64,000 nt of DNA from Deltaproteobacteria bacterium (GCA_040218735.1 JAVJQW010000019.1:376850-440849), one strand, 5' to 3'; numbered from the stretch's first letter, positions 1-13,073 are shown. Notes: generated by a model from the sequence alone, not told the origin. A program made the numbers and translations.

Positions 1-828
1 GCCGTCGAAGAACGACCAAGTCGTGGTTCGCTGCGCGGCTTCGTCCGTGAAGTTCTTGTGGTTGAACGGGAAGAAGGCCGGCACAAGCTCGCCGTCGAAG
101 ACCTCGCCGCTCCGGCGAACGGAGATCGGGAGCGGGGTCGTTCGCGAGAGGGGGATCTCGTCCAGTGCGGTCACCAGTGTTGAAGAACGCCCGATGGGTA
201 TGCCGTCGAACTCGACGATGTAGTCACCGACCTGGAGCCCGAGCTCCTCGCCGGGCATGCCTGGATGGATGCGTGTGATTTGCAACCCCTGGGCGACGTC
301 TCGGAGGCCGATGCCAATCTGGAACGGCGCTTCGCGCCCCTCCGATTCGAGCAAAAGGGCTTCGTAGGCCATACGCCCACGGAGGATGCGAGCGACCTCC
401 GGTGCTTCGCTCACCGTGGCTCTTGACGGGCCGAGGAGCGTGAGACGATTCGATTTCCCGCTGAGTTTCCCTCGGTGAAAGCCGCGTGTGGTTTTGCAGC
501 CGTCGTAGTTGCGCTCGAAGGCCTCACTCGGGTCGACGCACATCTGATGCGGGCCGCTCCAGACCAACCCCCCGGAGGTCCCTGAGATCCACTTGGCCAG
601 CTCGCTCCGAGATTCCGCGAAGTAGAAGAATGCCTCGCCCTGCACATCCTCGAAGCGGGTACATGCTCCTGGCTCCATTGCGTACCATCCCCGCGTCCGG
701 AACCCCCGGTCGTCGCGGTATGCGGTGGCGACGTAGCTCTGAACGGGCGCGGCGTTGCACAACTCGACCTCTGTGCCTTCGGCGGGTGCCGCAACTAGTA
801 AGAATAGATGGGAAAGGGCTTTGGCCAT
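1..828 (-). CDS. Exported DUF1036-like + PDZ domain protein (3' end runs off the window; absent from the ORF track)
   Basis: Hand translation gives an open minus-strand frame from ATG at 828 (GGAG 6 nt upstream) to position 1. It has a signal-like start MAKALSHLFLLVAAPA, then ELCNAAPVQSYVATAYRDDRGFRTRGWYAMEPGAC...FFYFAE...WSG..MCV..GC...GF (DUF1036 pattern), then QIGIGLRDVAQGLQITRIHPGMPGEELGLQVGDYIVEFDGIPI (PDZ pattern). Confidence 0.8.
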   Translation of the reverse strand, partial: MAKALSHLFLLVAAPAEGTEVELCNAAPVQSYVATAYRDDRGFRTRGWYAMEPGACTRFEDVQGEAFFYFAESRSELAKWISGTSGGLVWSGPHQMCVDPSEAFERNYDGCKTTRGFHRGKLSGKSNRLTLLGPSRATVSEAPEVARILRGRMAYEALLLESEGREAPFQIGIGLRDVAQGLQITRIHPGMPGEELGLQVGDYIVEFDGIPIGRSSTLVTALDEIPLSRTTPLPISVRRSGEVFDGELVPAFFPFNHKNFTDEAAQRTTTWSFFDG

Positions 829-1043
829 GAAGGACTCCAGGTCGTAGCACTGAGTCGCCTGGATTGAGCTCCAGCGCGCTTGCTACGTTTCCTCCACTCT
901 AGCGGGCCTCATACGGCCAGCCAGTGGCTCCGGATTCCTTGCGGTCGTTTCTCGTTTTTACTGGAAAGTCCGAACTCAGCCGGCTTTCCTACGGGCCCGG
1001 GTGGGATCGCTAACTCGACAATCGCGGCGCGAAGCGGCCAAGA

Positions 1044-4715
<3,672 letters not shown>

Positions 4716-4860
4716 GAGAGGCCCATCGTAGGGTTGGGTTCGCTGTGAACGCCAGTCCTCGGCCGCCGGGTGCGCGCGGCCAACCGATGGGGGAATGTGC
4801 GGGCATGTCGGATTCGCCAGCGGACGTAAGGAACCGACGCCCGCGGCAACCCACCCTCCG

Positions 4861-5661
4861 ATGCAGCTCATGCGCTCGGTCGCCCTGGCGATCGCCTCGT
4901 TGGCGTTCGCGGGGCCCTCGTACGCCCAGGACGAACCGAAGGAGGGGGATCCGCCCTTCGCGCGGGTCGCCGACGACGAAGAGACGATCTACGCCGTCCA
5001 GCGCAAGGCGTTCTCGGTGGAGGACAAGCTCGAGCTGACGCCGTTCGTCGCCGCGACGTTCGCGGACCGCTTCGTCCAGAGCTTCGCGATCGCCGGGAGC
5101 CTCGGCTACCACCTCCGCGAGACGTTCGCGGTCGAAGTGTTCGGCAGCTACATGTTCCCGACCGAGTCCGGCCTCACGCGAGAGATCCTCGACCGCGGGA
5201 TGTTGCTCCCCGAGACCGCGAAGCTGACCCAGCTCCTGTGGGCGGCGGGCGCGGGCGTCAAGTTCAGCCCGCTGTACGGGAAGGTCCAAGTGATGGGCGC
5301 CGTGCTCGGCAACCTCGCCTTCTACGTCGGCGCGGGGTTCGCGATCGGCGAGTCACGGGTGCGGTGCACGTCGGGGCAGCGGCTCGACCCGGCGAAGTTC
5401 GGCGATCGCGTGTGCCCGATGCAGCCGAGCGTCGACGAGGAGGCGTACGAGCCGGCGACGCTCCGACCGCTCGGCGCGATCTCGGGCGGCGTGCGCTTCG
5501 ACCTGTCGGAGTGGCTCGCGATCGAGTTCGAGGTGAAGGACTACATCTACGTGGCGCGTGTCTTTCGGCCGGAGGTCGACGCGCCGACGCAGCGCTACAC
5601 GGACGCGGTGCGCAACGATCTGTTCGCGCAGCTCGGCGTGGGGATCTTGATGGGCCCGTAA
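4861..5661 (+). CDS. Outer-membrane beta-barrel protein, myxobacterial GltA/GltB/GltH-like family
   Basis: Signal peptide ending SYA-Q; IYAVQRKAF...LELTPF...GSLGYHL.E.FAVE; G.KFSPLYGK; GGVRF.LSEWLA..FEVKDYIY; C-terminal amphipathic strand. Start is 4861 or 4870. Confidence 0.75.
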   Translation: MQLMRSVALAIASLAFAGPSYAQDEPKEGDPPFARVADDEETIYAVQRKAFSVEDKLELTPFVAATFADRFVQSFAIAGSLGYHLRETFAVEVFGSYMFPTESGLTREILDRGMLLPETAKLTQLLWAAGAGVKFSPLYGKVQVMGAVLGNLAFYVGAGFAIGESRVRCTSGQRLDPAKFGDRVCPMQPSVDEEAYEPATLRPLGAISGGVRFDLSEWLAIEFEVKDYIYVARVFRPEVDAPTQRYTDAVRNDLFAQLGVGILMGP

Positions 5662-5665
5662 GCGG

Positions 5666-7798
5666 TTACAGCCCGTCGACGAGCGTGGGCTCGAGGAAGC
5701 GGGTCGGCACGGCGGTGACCTGCCCGAACCCGTTGGAGCCCCAGCATTCGAGGTGCCGATCGGTGCGAACGGCGCAGCTGTGGTCCGCACCGATCACGAA
5801 GTCGACGGTCGCACTCAAGTGCTCCACGCGGGTCGGACGCAGCTCGTCGCGGGCGTTACCGTTGGCGAGGTTGTGCGCCTCGTTCTGTCCCCAGCACGAC
5901 CACGCGCCGCTCCCGAGTCTCGCGCACGGGGAGTGCTGTTTACCGCGGATCTCGACGGCGCCCGAGAAGTCGTAGACGCGCTCGGGGGCCATGCGGTGGA
6001 TGCGGTTGTTCGAGCCGAGCGCGCCCTGTTCGTTGTTCCCCCAGCAGTACACGTCGCCGTTTTGGAGTCGGGCGCACGAGATGCTGCCGCCTGCGATCAC
6101 CTCCTCCGCGGGCCCCGGCAGTGGCACGGGAAGGTCGGGCGTCTCCCAGTGGTCTACGCCGAACAAGTAGGCACCGATACACACGACCGTGTCTTGGAGC
6201 GTCACGGCGCACACGTGATGATCGCCGAGGGCGAGCGCGCGGACCTGCCCGAGCTCGGGCACCGGCGTGACGCCCGCGAAGTAGCGACCCCAACACGTGA
6301 CCCAGCCTTCACGGTCGATCACGCAGCTCCGATCCCAGTTCGCGCGTAGCGCGATCGCGTCGGGCGCGTCGACGATCTCCACGGGCGCCCGAATCTCCGC
6401 GGGACCTCCGGGCAGCACTTGTCCCCAATCGTTCCTCCCCCAGCAGTGCACTCGGTTTTTGGGGTCGAGCGCGCAGGTGTGGTTGGCGCCGGCGGCGAAG
6501 TCGCGTGCCTCGTCCAGCTCCACGCGGACGGCGTGGCCGCCGACCAGCGGCGCCGCGGCCGACCCGAGCTGGCCGGAGGTGTTGTTTCCCCAGCACCACA
6601 ACCCGCCGGGCTCGTCGAGCGCGCAGGAGTGGGTGCTACCGACGTCGACCGCTTCGACGCGCGGCAGATCGAGGGGACGTGGAGTCGCGACGAGCGGGGA
6701 GATGTCGACGCCGAGCTGGCCGGACGCGGTCGAGCCCCAGCAACGAAGCCGACTGTCGTCGTCGAGGAGACACGCAAACGAATGACCGACCTCGATGCGC
6801 TTCGCTCCACTGAAACGAAGCGGCGTCGCGAGGTCCACGTGGTTCACGATCGCCCCCCAACAGACGACCTCGCCGTCCTCGAGCCGGGCGCAGGTCCACG
6901 ACGCTCCGGCGCGAATCTGAACGGCACGGCCCCCGAGATCCGGAACGTTCGCCCCGGCCGACGGGCCCCAGCACAGGACGCTCCCGCTCTCTCGTGTCAC
7001 GCAGGTGTGGTGGTAGCCGGCGGCGATCGAGGTCACGTCGGTGAGCCCCGTGTCGAACAGCTGCGTGCCGGGGAGCGGCGTCTGGGCGCCGAACATCCCG
7101 GCGGCGCCCTCGCCCCAGCAGTACACCCGCCCCTCGGCGACGGCGCAGGTGTGGTTGGAACCCATCGCGACCGCTTCGATCGGCCCCTCGATACGCGCGA
7201 AGTCGTCCGGGTGTCCCAGCTCCTGGCGGTCGTTGGTGCCGAAGCACCGAAGCTGCCCGTCTTCGAGCACGGCGCAGGTCGTCTCCTGTCCCGCGAACAG
7301 CCGGGTCACGCCGGTGAGGTCGCCGCTCGCGAGCTGGTCGTAGTCGTCGTTGCCCCAGCAGGTGAGCGTCCGGTCGCGGCGTACGACGCAGCAGTGACTC
7401 GAACCGCACGCGAGCTCGGTCGCGTCCTCGACGCCCGGGATAGAGTTCGGCGTGGCGACGATCGGGGTGGACGCGGGCGCGCCCGCCAGCCCCGCGACGT
7501 TCGCGCCCCAGCACTTCACGCGACCGCTCGGCTCGAGGACACACCCCGTGGTGTTGCCCAGCGCGACGTCGACGTACCGCGGGTGGCACATCCCGACGTA
7601 GCAGACGTCGCCGCGCTCGCAGTCGGCGTCGACGGCGCACTCCAACAAACAAGCGCCGGGGTCCCCGGGGGCCACGCAGATGTCGGTCTGACACACGAGC
7701 CCGTCGCCGCAGACACCGTCGCACGGCTCGCACAGGATCGGGTCGAGGCCGCGGCAGGCGAAGAGCGCGAAAGCGGCGAGCCCGACGAAGCGATTCAC
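5666..7798 (-). CDS. RCC1/BLIP-II repeat lipoprotein (14 repeats, probably two beta-propellers) with a Cys-rich N-terminal region
   Basis: Lipobox LFAC; 14 C(W/F/I)G-ending repeats, many preceded by GxxHxC; start overlaps the caspase stop (GTGA). Confidence 0.85.
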   Translation of the reverse strand: MNRFVGLAAFALFACRGLDPILCEPCDGVCGDGLVCQTDICVAPGDPGACLLECAVDADCERGDVCYVGMCHPRYVDVALGNTTGCVLEPSGRVKCWGANVAGLAGAPASTPIVATPNSIPGVEDATELACGSSHCCVVRRDRTLTCWGNDDYDQLASGDLTGVTRLFAGQETTCAVLEDGQLRCFGTNDRQELGHPDDFARIEGPIEAVAMGSNHTCAVAEGRVYCWGEGAAGMFGAQTPLPGTQLFDTGLTDVTSIAAGYHHTCVTRESGSVLCWGPSAGANVPDLGGRAVQIRAGASWTCARLEDGEVVCWGAIVNHVDLATPLRFSGAKRIEVGHSFACLLDDDSRLRCWGSTASGQLGVDISPLVATPRPLDLPRVEAVDVGSTHSCALDEPGGLWCWGNNTSGQLGSAAAPLVGGHAVRVELDEARDFAAGANHTCALDPKNRVHCWGRNDWGQVLPGGPAEIRAPVEIVDAPDAIALRANWDRSCVIDREGWVTCWGRYFAGVTPVPELGQVRALALGDHHVCAVTLQDTVVCIGAYLFGVDHWETPDLPVPLPGPAEEVIAGGSISCARLQNGDVYCWGNNEQGALGSNNRIHRMAPERVYDFSGAVEIRGKQHSPCARLGSGAWSCWGQNEAHNLANGNARDELRPTRVEHLSATVDFVIGADHSCAVRTDRHLECWGSNGFGQVTAVPTRFLEPTLVDGL

Positions 7799-9291
7799 GG
7801 CGCCGGCTCCGACGCGAAGATCTCGTTGGTGACGATCGCGCGGACCACGGCGACGATCAGCGCGGTCGCCCCGATCGACAGCGCCGTCACCGCACCGGCG
7901 CGCAGCGGGCCGACGCGCTGGCTCGCGTCGATCGCCTTCTGCGTGATGGGTCGCGCGTTGGCGTCGGCGGTGGCGTCCGCCGCCAGCATCGAGAGCACCG
8001 CGCCGCCCCCCGCGATCGCGAGGCCGGATCCGAGGAACGCCAGCGTCGTGTTGTCGTCGTACCAGGAGACGGCGGGTACGTAGGGCGCATCGAGGGTCGT
8101 CGACGTCGTCTGCAGGGCCATCGCTTCGACGCCTGCGACGAACTCCGGCGTCAGCGCTCTTTTGAATAGACTCCGCCGGAGCTCGTCCGCTATCGGCCCG
8201 CGCGACGCGAGTCGATCCGTCGCGTCCGCGAGCGGCGCGCCGAGGACGAGCCCATCGGGTCGCGGTTCGATCCGATGCACCGACCGCTCCGCGAACAGGT
8301 ACAGCTCGCGTTCGCGTTCACTCACCAGCGCGAGCGCCATGCCCGCGGGTTTGTTGGCGTCGAGCACGCGGCGCCCGGCGGCGTCCGAGATGTAGAAGTG
8401 GCCGGCCAGCTCGGCGTCGATGTGCAGGCGTCGCTCCGGTTCGACACCGCGGAGATCGACGAGCGAAGCCCCGCGTGTGTGCGGTCGGCGAACGAAGGGC
8501 TGGATGCGGACCTTGGCGTTGTCCACCTCGTGGTTCGCGGCGACGAGGTACCCCTGTACCTCCGCGTAGGTGACGATGCCGTCGCCGTCGACGTCGGCCG
8601 CGCCCTGCAGCGCGCCGAGCACCTGGTAGCTGAACACCCCGGCCTGGTAGCCGCTCCACTCTTGGACCTCCTCCTCGGCGCTCGTCGAGAGCAGGAAGCC
8701 GGTGTTCGGGTGACGCTCGAGGGTGTCCTCCGTGAGCGCCGCCGGGACGCGCTGTCCGCGTGAGCTCACGAGGAAGTACGAGTGACACGAGTCGATGATC
8801 ACGTGTTTGCGGTAGGCGGGGACCTTGCGCAGGACGAGCTCCGCGAGGTCGGTGCGCGAGAACGGCTCGTCGACGAGGTGCAGGTACGCCTCGGCGGCGG
8901 TCACCGTGCCGTGGCCGGAGAAGTAGAAGTACAGCTCCGGGTTGCGGTCCTCGACGACCTCCATCGCGCGCGTGACGTCTTCGAGCGCCGCCTCCAACGC
9001 CTCGCGCGTGGGGACGCGCGCGCGGTTGGCGCGATCGCCGAAGCGCACGGCGGTCTCCTGGTCGACCCCCGCGAGCAGGTAGACCTGGGTGCCGAGCCCT
9101 TCGAGGAAACTCGCGACGCGCATCGCGTCGTCGTCGGCGTAGCGGAGTCGTTCGTAGTCGCTGCCGGGGAGGGGGTGGTTGTTGCCGATGACGATCGCGA
9201 AGGACGGCGGACGGACGCCCGGAGGTCCCCACTGCACGAGCGGCGTCGAGGTCACGGTCGCCGTGGCGGCGAGCAGCAGCGCTCCGATCAT
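7795..9291 (-). CDS. Caspase family (peptidase C14) protein with signal peptide and C-terminal hydrophobic hairpin
   Basis: Start at MIGALLLAA (ATGA overlap with the upstream stop). FAIVIGNN, LRYADDDA, catalytic YFYFSGHG and IIDSCHS, QEWSGYQAGVFS, GAADVDGDGIVTYAE; two C-terminal hydrophobic segments. Confidence 0.9.
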   Translation of the reverse strand: MIGALLLAATATVTSTPLVQWGPPGVRPPSFAIVIGNNHPLPGSDYERLRYADDDAMRVASFLEGLGTQVYLLAGVDQETAVRFGDRANRARVPTREALEAALEDVTRAMEVVEDRNPELYFYFSGHGTVTAAEAYLHLVDEPFSRTDLAELVLRKVPAYRKHVIIDSCHSYFLVSSRGQRVPAALTEDTLERHPNTGFLLSTSAEEEVQEWSGYQAGVFSYQVLGALQGAADVDGDGIVTYAEVQGYLVAANHEVDNAKVRIQPFVRRPHTRGASLVDLRGVEPERRLHIDAELAGHFYISDAAGRRVLDANKPAGMALALVSERERELYLFAERSVHRIEPRPDGLVLGAPLADATDRLASRGPIADELRRSLFKRALTPEFVAGVEAMALQTTSTTLDAPYVPAVSWYDDNTTLAFLGSGLAIAGGGAVLSMLAADATADANARPITQKAIDASQRVGPLRAGAVTALSIGATALIVAVVRAIVTNEIFASEPAP

Positions 9292-10052
9292 GGCGCCTCC
9301 ACCCGGACGTCGAACACTTGCCGGTGTTCGAGGCGGTTCGGATCCTTCGCTTTCAGCGCCGCCGCGACCTCGGCGGGCGAGGCGTCGAACGCCGCGATGA
9401 TCCGTAGCGCGCCCGGTTGGTAGTCGTCGTCGACCTTGATGTCGAAGGGGAGGCGGACGCTCTTGGCGTCGGCGCCGCCGCGGATCACCTCCGCGGCGCC
9501 GTCGACCGACTCCGGGTAGTACCAGTGCACGCGTCGGCCGTCCCAGCCCGCGATCGTGAGGGTCCGGTGCGCGCCCTCGGTGTTGCCGTACTTGAAGCCG
9601 ATCTGTTCCCCGGGCCGAATCGTGTCGCCGGTGCGCAGGTCGCGTTTGCCGTCGGGGCCGATCGCCAGGAGCGCGACGTCCGCGGACCGAACCTCGGAGG
9701 CCCCCTTCGACCGCAGCTCGTCGCGCGGCGCGAAGACGAGCACGGCGGCGGTCGCGGCGGCGATCAGCGCGACGGTCGCTCCGCGGCGGGCCCAGTGTGC
9801 GGGCCGGCGTCGTCGTTTCGGCGCGGCGCCGTGGGCTTCGAGCAGCTCGCCGACGATCGCTGCGCACTCGGAGCAGCGCGCGATGTGGGCGCGCTCTTCG
9901 TCGGTGAGCGGTGCGCCGCCCTCCGCGATCAGCGCGAAGCGTTCGTCGGTGATGTGGCCGGCTTCGACGGAGTCCCCGAGCAACGCGTCGGCGTTGTGGG
10001 CCACGAAGGCCTCGAGCTCTTCCGCGGGGTCCTTCACTCGACGGATCATCAT
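9288..10052 (-). CDS. Zinc-binding (ZAS/zf-HC2) transmembrane anti-sigma factor with an extracytoplasmic DUF4384/ActD-like domain
   Basis: GH...HIARCSEC (HxxxCxxC); one TM segment (ATVALIAAATAAVLVFA); LRSKG motif; GDTIRPGEQIGFKY...DG...YYP...LP..I.VDD...G..RI.AAF...P; directly downstream of the ECF sigma with an ATGA overlap. Confidence 0.75.
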   Translation of the reverse strand: MMIRRVKDPAEELEAFVAHNADALLGDSVEAGHITDERFALIAEGGAPLTDEERAHIARCSECAAIVGELLEAHGAAPKRRRRPAHWARRGATVALIAAATAAVLVFAPRDELRSKGASEVRSADVALLAIGPDGKRDLRTGDTIRPGEQIGFKYGNTEGAHRTLTIAGWDGRRVHWYYPESVDGAAEVIRGGADAKSVRLPFDIKVDDDYQPGALRIIAAFDASPAEVAAALKAKDPNRLEHRQVFDVRVEAP

Positions 10053-10648
10053 AGCGCATCACCTCCAAGCTTCGCGGCGAGGCGGGCGAAGAGCCGCTTC
10101 TTCTTCATGCGGACGGCCGGCGCGCTGAGCGAGAGCACTTCGCCGACGACGGTCGTCGAGGCCTCCTGCTCGTACATCAGCTTGAGCATCACGCGGTCGT
10201 CGTCCGGCAGTCCGTCGAGCAGCGCGCGGACGGCCGTGACGCGCGCGGTGGTCAGGGTCGCTTCCTCGGGGTTCGGCGAGTCCGTCGGGAGCTCCTTCGC
10301 GGCGGTTTCGTCGATGGGTGCGTGAACACGACGTTCGATGCGCGCCGTCTGTCGGAAGAAGAACCGAATCGCGACGCTGTGCATCCAGGTCGTGAGGGCC
10401 GCGCGCCCCGAGTAAGTGGTGAGGACGCGGCAGTCGTCCTGGAGCAGGAACAGGTAGAACGACTGCAACAGGTCGTCGCGGTCCGGCCTCGACGCGGGGC
10501 GTTTCGTGATCGCGCGGCCCAGGCAGCTCATCACGATCCCCGCGGTGTCCTGTTTCAGGCGCTCGAAGGCCCCTTGCTCACCGCGGATGACGGCACGGAC
10601 GCGTGCCAGGTCATCTTCACGCTCGGGCACGTCGGGTCGAGGCGTCAC
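10049..10648 (-). CDS. RNA polymerase sigma-70 factor, ECF subfamily
   Basis: DDLARVRAVIRGEQGAFERL; DDLLQSFYL; YSGRAALTTWMHSVAIR (region 2); LDGLPDDDR...EVLSLSAPAVRMKKKR (region 4). Start uncertain (GTG at 10648 or 10630). Confidence 0.88.
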   Translation of the reverse strand: MTPRPDVPEREDDLARVRAVIRGEQGAFERLKQDTAGIVMSCLGRAITKRPASRPDRDDLLQSFYLFLLQDDCRVLTTYSGRAALTTWMHSVAIRFFFRQTARIERRVHAPIDETAAKELPTDSPNPEEATLTTARVTAVRALLDGLPDDDRVMLKLMYEQEASTTVVGEVLSLSAPAVRMKKKRLFARLAAKLGGDAL

Positions 10649-10740
10649 CCATGCGGTTCGGGGCGTCAATACGTTCACGTCTCGGGGGGTGAGAGACGGA
10701 CCGCCGCGCGACCGTAACGAAGAAAATGACGTGCCGATTC

Positions 10741-10920
10741 TCAGTGACAGTCGCGTTTGTTCGCGTTCTTCAGGCCGCGCTCGAGGCGTGAGCCCATCAC
10801 GACGTTCGCGGTCGGCTTCTTGCGGCGCGGCCACCCGGTGATCTTGTGGACCATGTACACAAACGCGAGCCCCGCGATGACAAGGGCGACGAGCTCCTGC
10901 ACCCAGGCGTCGCTGAACAT
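10741..10920 (-). CDS. Small FeoB-associated membrane protein (59 aa)
   Basis: ATG overlaps the feoB stop (TGATG); one N-terminal TM helix, basic tail, ends in CH. Confidence 0.65.
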   Translation of the reverse strand: MFSDAWVQELVALVIAGLAFVYMVHKITGWPRRKKPTANVVMGSRLERGLKNANKRDCH

Positions 10921-13073
10921 CACGTGAACCCGAGCAACTTCCCGCCCTGGTAGACGACGAGCGCGGCGACCCACGCGAGGACGTTCATGTAGACGAGCAT
11001 GAAGATCGGCCACTTCCAGGAGCTCGTCTCGCGTTTCACCACCGCGATGGTGCTCATGCACTGCGCGGCGAGGAGGAAGAAGATCATCAGCGACAGGCCG
11101 ACGAGTGGTGTGTGCTCCGCCGCGATGCGTTCGCGGAGCGTGGTGTTCTCTTCGTCCGCGTCCTCACCCGCGCCGTAGACGAGGCCCATCGTGGAGACGA
11201 AGACCTCGCGCGCTGCGAACGACGCGAGCAGACCGATGCCGATCTTCCAGTCGTAGCCGAGCGGCGCGATGATCGGCTCCATCGCGTGCCCGATGCGGCC
11301 CGCGTAGCTCGCGCCGAGGCGGTGCTCCTCCGCGCGCTGCTGGAGCCGTTCGAACGCGACCTCCGCCTTCTCGCGGACCTGCTCCTTCTGCTTCGGAGTC
11401 TGCGCGTAGGACATCGCAGTGTTCGTCGCGTCGCGGAGGCTGACCGCCTCCTGCGCGGGATCGAACTCACCGAGGTCCGGGTCGCGCGGGAAGTAGACGA
11501 GCGCCCACAGGACGATCGAGCAGGCGAGGATGATCGTGCCCGCGTCGCGGATGAACACCTTGCAGCGCTCGTAGACCTGGCGCGCGACGGAGCCGATCTC
11601 CGGCGCGCGATACGGCGGGAGCTCGAGCACGAGCGGGGGCGTCGGGCTCTTCAGGAGCGTGCGCTTGAAGACAAACGCGACCGCGACCGTGAACACGACC
11701 GACAGCACGTACATCGCCAGCATCAGCAGGCCGCCGAGCGAGAGGATGCCGAGCACCTTCTCGTCGGACGCGAAGAGCGCGCTGATGATGAGGATGTAGA
11801 CCGGGAGGCGCGCCGAGCAGGAGATCAGCGGCGTCACCAGGACCGTGACGAGGCGATCCTTCGGGGACTCGATGGAACGCGCCGCCATGATCGCCGGAAC
11901 CGCGCACGCGAAGCCGGACATCAGCGGCACGAACGCACGACCGTGCAGACCGATGCGGGCCATCAAGCGGTCCGAGATGAACGCCGCGCGGGCCAGGTAG
12001 CCGGAGTCTTCGAGGATCGCGATGAACAGGAACAGGATCCCGATCTGCGGGACGAAGACGATCACGTTGCCGACGCCGCCCACGACGCCGTCCACGAGCA
12101 GGTCGCGGATCGCACCTTCGGGGAGCGTGTCGGTGACGAAGCCCTGCGTCGCGCCGACCGCGCCTTCGATGAGATCCATCAGCGGCTCCGCCCAGGCGAA
12201 GATGCTCTGGAACACGATCGCCATGACGACCGCGAAGATCACGATGCCGAAGACGGGGTGCAGGAGGACGGCGTCGAGTTTGTCGCTCTTGGATTCGGCC
12301 GTGCGTTGGCTGCGATCGATCGAGGCCTCGGCGGCGGCGTTCGCGACTTCGTAGCGGCGCTCGATGATCGCTTCGGCGAGGTCGACGTGCGCGCGTGCGG
12401 CGTCGAGGAGCTTGGGGTCGACGGGGCTCTCGTCGTGCCGTGACGTCGCGGCGATCGACGTGATCGCCCACAGCGCGGTGCCTTCGTGGCCGGAGGCTTC
12501 GGTGACCTTCGCGAGGCGGGCTTCGGCTTCGTCGTCGAGGCGCCACTTGCGTTCATAGGTCGCGGGGAGGTCGGCGAGGGCGGCTTCGATCGTGCGGGTG
12601 AGGTCGTCGAGGCCTTCGCCGCGCTTCGCGACGATCGGGACGACCGGGACGCCGAGCTGCTCCGCGAGGCGCTTCGCGTCGACCGGGCGCCCGGCTTCGG
12701 AGGCGGCGTCGGTCATGTTCAACGCGACGACACACGGGGAGCCGAGCTCGAGGATCGACAACGCGAGGTAGAGGTTGCGGTCCAGGTTCGAGGCGTCGAC
12801 GACGATCACCGTGAGCGTCGGCGTGGGGTCGTCGGTGCGCCCGGTGATGACCTCGAAGGCGACGGCTTCGTCGCGGCTCTGCGCGGCGAGGGAGTAGGTG
12901 CCGGGGAGATCGATCAGCGTGACGTCGTCGCCGAAGTTCGCCTTCGCGAGGCGCCGCTCGACCGTGATGCCCGGGTAGTTGCCGACCCGCTGACGGAGGC
13001 CGGTGAGTTTGTTGAAGAGCGTCGTCTTGCCGGAGTTCGGGTTGCCGGCGAGCGCGACGAGGGCACCCGTCAC
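10920..13073 (-). CDS. feoB: Ferrous iron transport protein B
   Basis: G1 GNPNSGKT, NYPGITVE, DLPG, NMTD; membrane domain with LEDSGYLARAAF, GFACAVPAIMA, SCSARLPVY, FAAREV. Confidence 0.97.
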   Translation of the reverse strand: MTGALVALAGNPNSGKTTLFNKLTGLRQRVGNYPGITVERRLAKANFGDDVTLIDLPGTYSLAAQSRDEAVAFEVITGRTDDPTPTLTVIVVDASNLDRNLYLALSILELGSPCVVALNMTDAASEAGRPVDAKRLAEQLGVPVVPIVAKRGEGLDDLTRTIEAALADLPATYERKWRLDDEAEARLAKVTEASGHEGTALWAITSIAATSRHDESPVDPKLLDAARAHVDLAEAIIERRYEVANAAAEASIDRSQRTAESKSDKLDAVLLHPVFGIVIFAVVMAIVFQSIFAWAEPLMDLIEGAVGATQGFVTDTLPEGAIRDLLVDGVVGGVGNVIVFVPQIGILFLFIAILEDSGYLARAAFISDRLMARIGLHGRAFVPLMSGFACAVPAIMAARSIESPKDRLVTVLVTPLISCSARLPVYILIISALFASDEKVLGILSLGGLLMLAMYVLSVVFTVAVAFVFKRTLLKSPTPPLVLELPPYRAPEIGSVARQVYERCKVFIRDAGTIILACSIVLWALVYFPRDPDLGEFDPAQEAVSLRDATNTAMSYAQTPKQKEQVREKAEVAFERLQQRAEEHRLGASYAGRIGHAMEPIIAPLGYDWKIGIGLLASFAAREVFVSTMGLVYGAGEDADEENTTLRERIAAEHTPLVGLSLMIFFLLAAQCMSTIAVVKRETSSWKWPIFMLVYMNVLAWVAALVVYQGGKLLGFT

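Noticed and set aside
23-850. Short ORFs listed in the track at the left edge
   Set aside because: All overlap the better-supported minus-strand frame 828->1 and have no motifs.
9292-10068. N-terminal extension of the caspase ORF, or a frameshift fusion with the anti-sigma
   Set aside because: The Arg-rich out-of-frame reading overlaps the anti-sigma gene; the ATGA overlap and signal peptide at 9291 explain the junction.
10676-10720. Possible autoregulatory ECF promoter (GTTAC-N15-CGTC on the minus strand)
   Set aside because: The motif is short, the sigma's specificity is unknown and the start codon is uncertain, so it cannot be distinguished from chance.
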